The notes beneath the pieces were generated by a model that was not told the origin of the DNA, ran no database searches, and saw only the letters and a list, made by a program, of their open reading frames with translations. Of a stretch of 64,000 bases of DNA, positions 59,193 through 64,000 are shown in pieces. Source of the stretch: an uncultured Thermococci archaeon. Its GTDB lineage: Archaea > Methanobacteriota_B > Thermococci > Methanofastidiosales > B48-G16. The stretch spans positions 192,001 to 256,000 of the forward strand of contig CAZQQT010000001.1 in the NCBI GenBank assembly GCA_964595645.1, read 5' to 3'. Positions within the stretch are counted from its first letter, which is position 1, and the number at the start of each line of letters is the position of its first letter. Both the position numbers and the translations under genes were made by a program.

Positions 59193-59939
59193 TCATTGTC
59201 GACACACGATTAACTGTTTCTTTGCACCGTCTGAAAACGGTTGTTCATCGTAGTTTCCATATTTTTTTTCTATTGTATAGCCGTTGTACCGCAGTAGCGT
59301 GTCGATTTCTCGTGGAAAGAGAATTCTGTTTTTCCACTCCTTTACCCACTCTTTATCTCCCATTTGATAGTGCCATTTGATATGCATGAGCGGTGTTGCG
59401 TTGTTGTACGATGTTTTTCTGTGACTGTTACTTACTCTCTGGCCGTCCAGCATATACTCTGCTGTCGGGAACTGCTCTGACGGATTACGCATGAGTATCT
59501 CGAGGTCAGGAGTGAATATATCGATAAGAAAACTTCCTTCCTCTTTTGAGTGTTTTTTTACGCAGGAGAAACAGGCTTCGTAGCTTTCTATATCATGGAG
59601 ATGAAGGAGAGAGTTGTACGGGAACAGAATGAGGTTAAATTTTGTATCAAGATTGAAATCCCTACAGTCTGCATGTACCCATGTCAGATCGACATCCCGA
59701 CGCGATGCTCTCTCTTTCGCGCACGAGCATAGGTTTCGATATGTCCAATCCCGTAATTTGATAGTCCTTTTCAGCTAGTCTAAGGGTAATTCTCCCGGTT
59801 CCACATGCCAGTTCGAGAACTGGATCCCCATTATCTCTTCAGGACGCATATAGAACGGAATGTCTTCGATGAACTCCTTTTGTTGCATATCGTAGTGTCG
59901 GGGAGCACTGTAGAGATCCTCACAGTCTATTGATTCTAT
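59193..59939 (-). pseudogene. Class I SAM methyltransferase with two frameshifts
   Basis: Stitched: HYD..EDIPFY / GDPVLELACGTGRI..GLDISKPML / WVHADCRDF..FPYNSLLHL..IDIFTP. Confidence 0.85.
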
Positions 59940-60065
59940 GAGGAACTCTTCTCTTTCAGTTTTTATATAACTGTATCCCAGAAACATACTCTAGAATATT
60001 TCTCAGCTATTATCTATATTCCAGTAGAAACCTAATCCTTATAAAGTGAGAAAACTATACTCAAT

Positions 60066-61616
60066 ATGAGATACGTCATTGTGACAGGTGGAGTACTTTC
60101 AGGGTTAGGGAAGGGAGTGACCACTGCCTCCATTGCGAAGATTCTCCAGAGCATGGGATATAAGGTTACCGTGATCAAGATAGATCCGTATCTTAATGTG
60201 GATGCAGGGACGATGAGCCCCTTTGAGCATGGGGAGGTATTCGTGCTGAACGATGGTGGCGAGGTGGATCTCGATCTGGGAAACTACGAGCGTTTTCTCA
60301 ATATCGATCTTACAAGAGATCACAATATTACCACCGGGAAAATTTACAAGCGTGTTATCGAAAAGGAACGCCGTGGAGATTATCTGGGCAAAACGGTGCA
60401 GCCGATTCCCCATCTCACCGACGAAATCAAACTGCAGATACGAAATGTCGCAGAAAAGTACGATTTTACCGTGATTGAGGTGGGAGGAACTGTCGGTGAC
60501 ATCGAGAGCATGCCCTTTCTGGAGGCCTGCAGACAGCTCTCCGGTGAGGAAGACGCAGTATTCGTTCACGTCACGCTTGTCCCGACCCTTGATGTAGTGG
60601 GAGAACAGAAAACAAAACCCACACAACATTCCGTGAAAAATCTTATGGAGACAGGAATCTCCCCACATATTATCGTCGGTAGATCCGAGGAGCCCCTTCT
60701 CGAGAAAACGAGGCGAAAAATAGCGCTTTTCTGTAATGTACGAGAAGATCACGTGATAAGCAACCACGATATCGGTGATATTTATAAGGTACCCCTGATG
60801 CTCAATGATCAGAAGATAGGAGAAAAGATAGTTGATAAGTTCGGATTACGGAGAAAGCCAAAATTGGACAACTGGAAATCGATCATCTCCCGGGAGTGTG
60901 ATACCGACGTGACCCTTGCAATGGTCGGGAAGTACATGGATCTCCATGATTCCTATATCAGTATCGATGAGGCACTGAGCCACTGTTCCTACTACACAGG
61001 AATCAATGTGAACATTCGGTGGTTGGAATCAGAAGAACTCGAAAAAGGCGATCTCAAGGGAGTCGATGGTATTTTAGTTCCGGGAGGCTTCGGTGTACGG
61101 GGAACGGAGGAGAAAATCAATGCAATACGATACGCACGTACAAATAAGATACCCTTCTTAGGGATATGTCTTGGCTTCCAGCTTGCGACTGTAGAGCACG
61201 CTCGAAGCATCGGATTTTCTCATGCGAACTCCACAGAGTTTGAGGATACTGATGAACCGGTGATAGATCTCCTCCCGGAGCAGAAAAAGATAAAGGAGAA
61301 AGGAGGGACCATGAGGCTCGGCGCCTATAAAATCTTGTTGGATAAGAACAGTATGGTATGCGATCTCTATAACTCAAAGGAGATATACGAGCGGCATAGG
61401 CACCGCTACGAGGTAAATCCAGAGTACATCGATACACTGACAGAGGGTCCCTTACGGTATACTGGGAGATCTGAGGATGGACGAATGGAGGTACTGGAGC
61501 TTGATAATCACCCTTTCTTTCTGGGAACACAGTACCATCCAGAATTTACCTCGAGAGTTGAAAGGCCATCGCCCGTGTTCATGGGGCTTGTGAAGGCCAT
61601 GGCTGAAAACCGTTAA
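60066..61616 (+). CDS. pyrG: CTP synthase
   Basis: [34 protein letters not shown]. Confidence 0.98.
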   Translation: MRYVIVTGGVLSGLGKGVTTASIAKILQSMGYKVTVIKIDPYLNVDAGTMSPFEHGEVFVLNDGGEVDLDLGNYERFLNIDLTRDHNITTGKIYKRVIEKERRGDYLGKTVQPIPHLTDEIKLQIRNVAEKYDFTVIEVGGTVGDIESMPFLEACRQLSGEEDAVFVHVTLVPTLDVVGEQKTKPTQHSVKNLMETGISPHIIVGRSEEPLLEKTRRKIALFCNVREDHVISNHDIGDIYKVPLMLNDQKIGEKIVDKFGLRRKPKLDNWKSIISRECDTDVTLAMVGKYMDLHDSYISIDEALSHCSYYTGINVNIRWLESEELEKGDLKGVDGILVPGGFGVRGTEEKINAIRYARTNKIPFLGICLGFQLATVEHARSIGFSHANSTEFEDTDEPVIDLLPEQKKIKEKGGTMRLGAYKILLDKNSMVCDLYNSKEIYERHRHRYEVNPEYIDTLTEGPLRYTGRSEDGRMEVLELDNHPFFLGTQYHPEFTSRVERPSPVFMGLVKAMAENR

Positions 61617-61990
61617 TCCATAGTCCGGAGAAACATTCCCCGATCCTTCACATTTTCGAGCATTTCTCCGTTCCAGTACCCCACACCAAGACATTCATTT
61701 TGTAGGTTCACCACCAGCTTTTCTCCTTTTTCTGCGAGATCTCCCTTGATGATGTTCTTTTTAAACACGTCCCTACCGTAGAGAAAAAGCGTCTCCCCTC
61801 GTTCATTGATTTTCACTTTATTTCTCGTGGTATATGGGGTGAGGAGGAAGGCAAACTCCAAGGAGAGCTTGGAATTTTTTACCTTTATCCCGGCGGCCTT
61901 CGTCTCCTTAGTAATAAATGGAAGGAGTTCCTTTTTCACCAAATAATATTCGTTTCCTATCGTTACAGTCTCGTACTCTTCTAAATCCAT
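61613..61990 (-). CDS. NIP7/UPF0113-like PUA-domain protein
   Basis: [27 protein letters not shown]. Confidence 0.75.
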   Translation of the reverse strand: MDLEEYETVTIGNEYYLVKKELLPFITKETKAAGIKVKNSKLSLEFAFLLTPYTTRNKVKINERGETLFLYGRDVFKKNIIKGDLAEKGEKLVVNLQNECLGVGYWNGEMLENVKDRGMFLRTMD

Positions 61991-62019
61991 CTGTACGCCG
62001 TAGTAGTTGAGTATTTTTT

Positions 62020-63132
62020 TTACAGTAATTGTTCCACCGCCTCTTTCACCTTCTTTCTGTATCGTTCAGGTGCGGAGATCACTGCAGGATACTCCATTGG
62101 GGCTGATTTTCGTAGTATTGCATGGTCCTCAAACCGTTCAACGCCATCGTTAAAGACCTTTATCTCTACGGTGTCTGGATTTTCAATTCCTGGGATATCG
62201 ACGATGCAGTAATGTTCGGGGATATCCGCCTTCTCACAGAGTTCACGTTCCAGTGTCTTTCGCTCCTCAAAGGACAGATCGAGATCTCTGTACTCCACAA
62301 CTTTAAACAGGACTCTATATTTCAATCGATGATATATTTCTTTGGGGAATCCTTCTGTATTTTTTAAGAGGCAGAGGAGCTCGGTGTCCGTCATTTCGGC
62401 GATTTCCTCTATATTGGTTTCAGTTGCAGTACATTCCACAGCCCTTGCCAGCATGCTCTCGCAGATTCGTGCTGTCTTATGGAAGTAGACGGAGGCAAAC
62501 ATGAGGTCTCGGGCGATCAGCATCCCCTCCACTGCGAGAACACCCTTTTCATTGATCCCAAGAGATCCCTCCCTGATCTCGAGTGTTTTGAGGATCCGTT
62601 CAAGATCGATAATCCCGTGGGCAACCCCGGTATAGTGTGCGTCCCGGAGGAGGTAATCAATTCTGTCCACGTCAAGATCTCCTGCGATGATCTGCGATAG
62701 GTATCCTTTTTTCTCACGTCTGAGGATCTTCGTTACCTCTTTCGGATCAACATTGTAATGTTCAAGTATCTCCTCGAGATCTCTCACCCGTTCACAGGCG
62801 AGATCCACATGATTTTTGTTCAGATAGTACTCTGAGAGGTACTCCAGTGTGTGGGAAAAAGGAAAATGTCCTGTGTCATGGAGCACGGCAGCGGTGGTCA
62901 GTGCCTTCTTCTCAATATCAAGTTCATCGCAGATCTTCTCCGTGAGGTAGTAGACTCCAAGTGAGTGCTCAAACCGGGTGTGGTTTGCTCCAGGAAACAC
63001 GAGGTTGGTGAGTCCCAACTGCTTTATATCCCGCAGTCGTTGTACCGGAGCTGAGTGGAAAAGCTCGAGGATGACGCCGTCTATTCTCACACTTCCGTGA
63101 ATCGGGTCGTGGATGATTTTGTATTGTTTCAT
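62020..63132 (-). CDS. HD-domain phosphohydrolase (SAMHD1/dNTPase-like)
   Basis: DPIHG, QRLRDIKQLG, HTRFEHSLG, LHDTGH.PFSH, DVDRIDYL.RD, VYFHK. Confidence 0.92.
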   Translation of the reverse strand: MKQYKIIHDPIHGSVRIDGVILELFHSAPVQRLRDIKQLGLTNLVFPGANHTRFEHSLGVYYLTEKICDELDIEKKALTTAAVLHDTGHFPFSHTLEYLSEYYLNKNHVDLACERVRDLEEILEHYNVDPKEVTKILRREKKGYLSQIIAGDLDVDRIDYLLRDAHYTGVAHGIIDLERILKTLEIREGSLGINEKGVLAVEGMLIARDLMFASVYFHKTARICESMLARAVECTATETNIEEIAEMTDTELLCLLKNTEGFPKEIYHRLKYRVLFKVVEYRDLDLSFEERKTLERELCEKADIPEHYCIVDIPGIENPDTVEIKVFNDGVERFEDHAILRKSAPMEYPAVISAPERYRKKVKEAVEQLL

Positions 63133-63265
63133 TGGTACTTCACCTGTGCAGAACGATAAAAAGGTTTTGTTGAATAATATCTTTTAAATTTTAAATTTAT
63201 TAAAAAAGTTTATAAATGATAAAATCTATAATTAATAAAAGAAAAAAAGTACATTAGGTGACATT

Positions 63266-64000
63266 ATGGAGTTCGAAAAACTTGGTGCATTTTATCTTGG
63301 CAAGGAATACGATGTAGCTTCGAATATACTGCGAAATAGGCTGGTGATGTACGATGCGCGGGATCTCACCACGCACGCAGTCTGTGTCGGGATGACGGGT
63401 AGCGGAAAGACTGGCCTCTGTATTGACATTCTCGAAGAGGCTGCCATCGACCGTATTCCAGCCCTCATCATCGATCCGAAGGGAGACATTACAAATTTGA
63501 TGCTTACCTTTCCAGAACTACACCCCGACGACTTCTTGCCGTGGATCAATGTGGACGATGCACGGCGCAAAGGACTTAGTCCAAAAGAGTTTTCGGTCCA
63601 ACAAGCAGAATTGTGGCGTGAAGGACTCGCAAAGTGGGGACAGGACGGTGAGCGTATTAAACTGCTTCAGGACTCTGCAGATATCGTAATTTACACCCCG
63701 GGCAGTGATGCTGGCGTTCCTGTTTCGATTCTCCACTCTTTTACCGCACCATCTCTTGAATGGGACACTCATGCTGAGTTACTCCGGGAACAGATCCAAG
63801 GCATTGTCAGTGCACTTCTCGGACTCATCGGTATCGCTGCCGATCCCGTCCGTTCCCGGGAACACATTCTTCTCTCCACACTTTTTGAGTACTACTGGCG
63901 CAGAAATGAGGATCTGGATCTTGGAAAACTGATTACCGCGATTCAGAGCCCACCGGTACGAACACTCGGCGTATTTGACATCGACACGTTTTTCCCGGAG
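63266..64000 (+). CDS. HerA/FtsK-like ATPase (DUF87/DUF853), 3'-truncated; absent from ORF track
   Basis: [38 protein letters not shown]; open to the window end. Confidence 0.85.
   Translation, partial: MEFEKLGAFYLGKEYDVASNILRNRLVMYDARDLTTHAVCVGMTGSGKTGLCIDILEEAAIDRIPALIIDPKGDITNLMLTFPELHPDDFLPWINVDDARRKGLSPKEFSVQQAELWREGLAKWGQDGERIKLLQDSADIVIYTPGSDAGVPVSILHSFTAPSLEWDTHAELLREQIQGIVSALLGLIGIAADPVRSREHILLSTLFEYYWRRNEDLDLGKLITAIQSPPVRTLGVFDIDTFFPE

Noticed and set aside
1-64000. tRNA, rRNA, CRISPR array, IS/integrase, inteins
   Set aside because: None recognised by eye; spacers are short and AT-rich. tRNAscan-SE and Infernal are needed to exclude small RNAs formally.

Overview
Gene-dense archaeal (euryarchaeal) chromosome segment. 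A Thermococcus-type HypA/ATPase-HypB pair and a peptide-fermentation gene set hint at a Thermococci-related lineage (Theionarchaea/Methanofastidiosa-like; low-confidence inference). Housekeeping blocks: rpoE1-spt4-DPCK-rps24e-rps27ae; rpl7ae-rps28e-rpl24e-ndk-infB-rps6e-eif2g-PIN; pfdB-DHH-taw1; pdaD-IMPase-NADK-nob1; pyrG. Metabolic and transport genes: CoA-transferase/GNAT fusion, AMP phosphorylase, ACD alpha, IorA, cysteine synthase, PyrK, LsrF/Zn-ADH, an Opp/Dpp operon, two CPA2 antiporters around a CBS protein, and an ABC-2 exporter. Five pseudogenes or gene remnants. I recognised no tRNA, rRNA, CRISPR array or transposase. Best leads: (1) a K-turn hairpin with H/ACA-guide-like architecture upstream of the AK6 adenylate kinase gene, behind a 14-bp promoter element identical to that of rpl7ae; (2) a cassette of a beta-propeller lipoprotein plus a secreted Cys-rich peptide (archaeocin-like); (3) ribosomal protein S6e fused to a charged linker and an HhH domain. 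All calls come from reading sequence and motifs; no searches were run.
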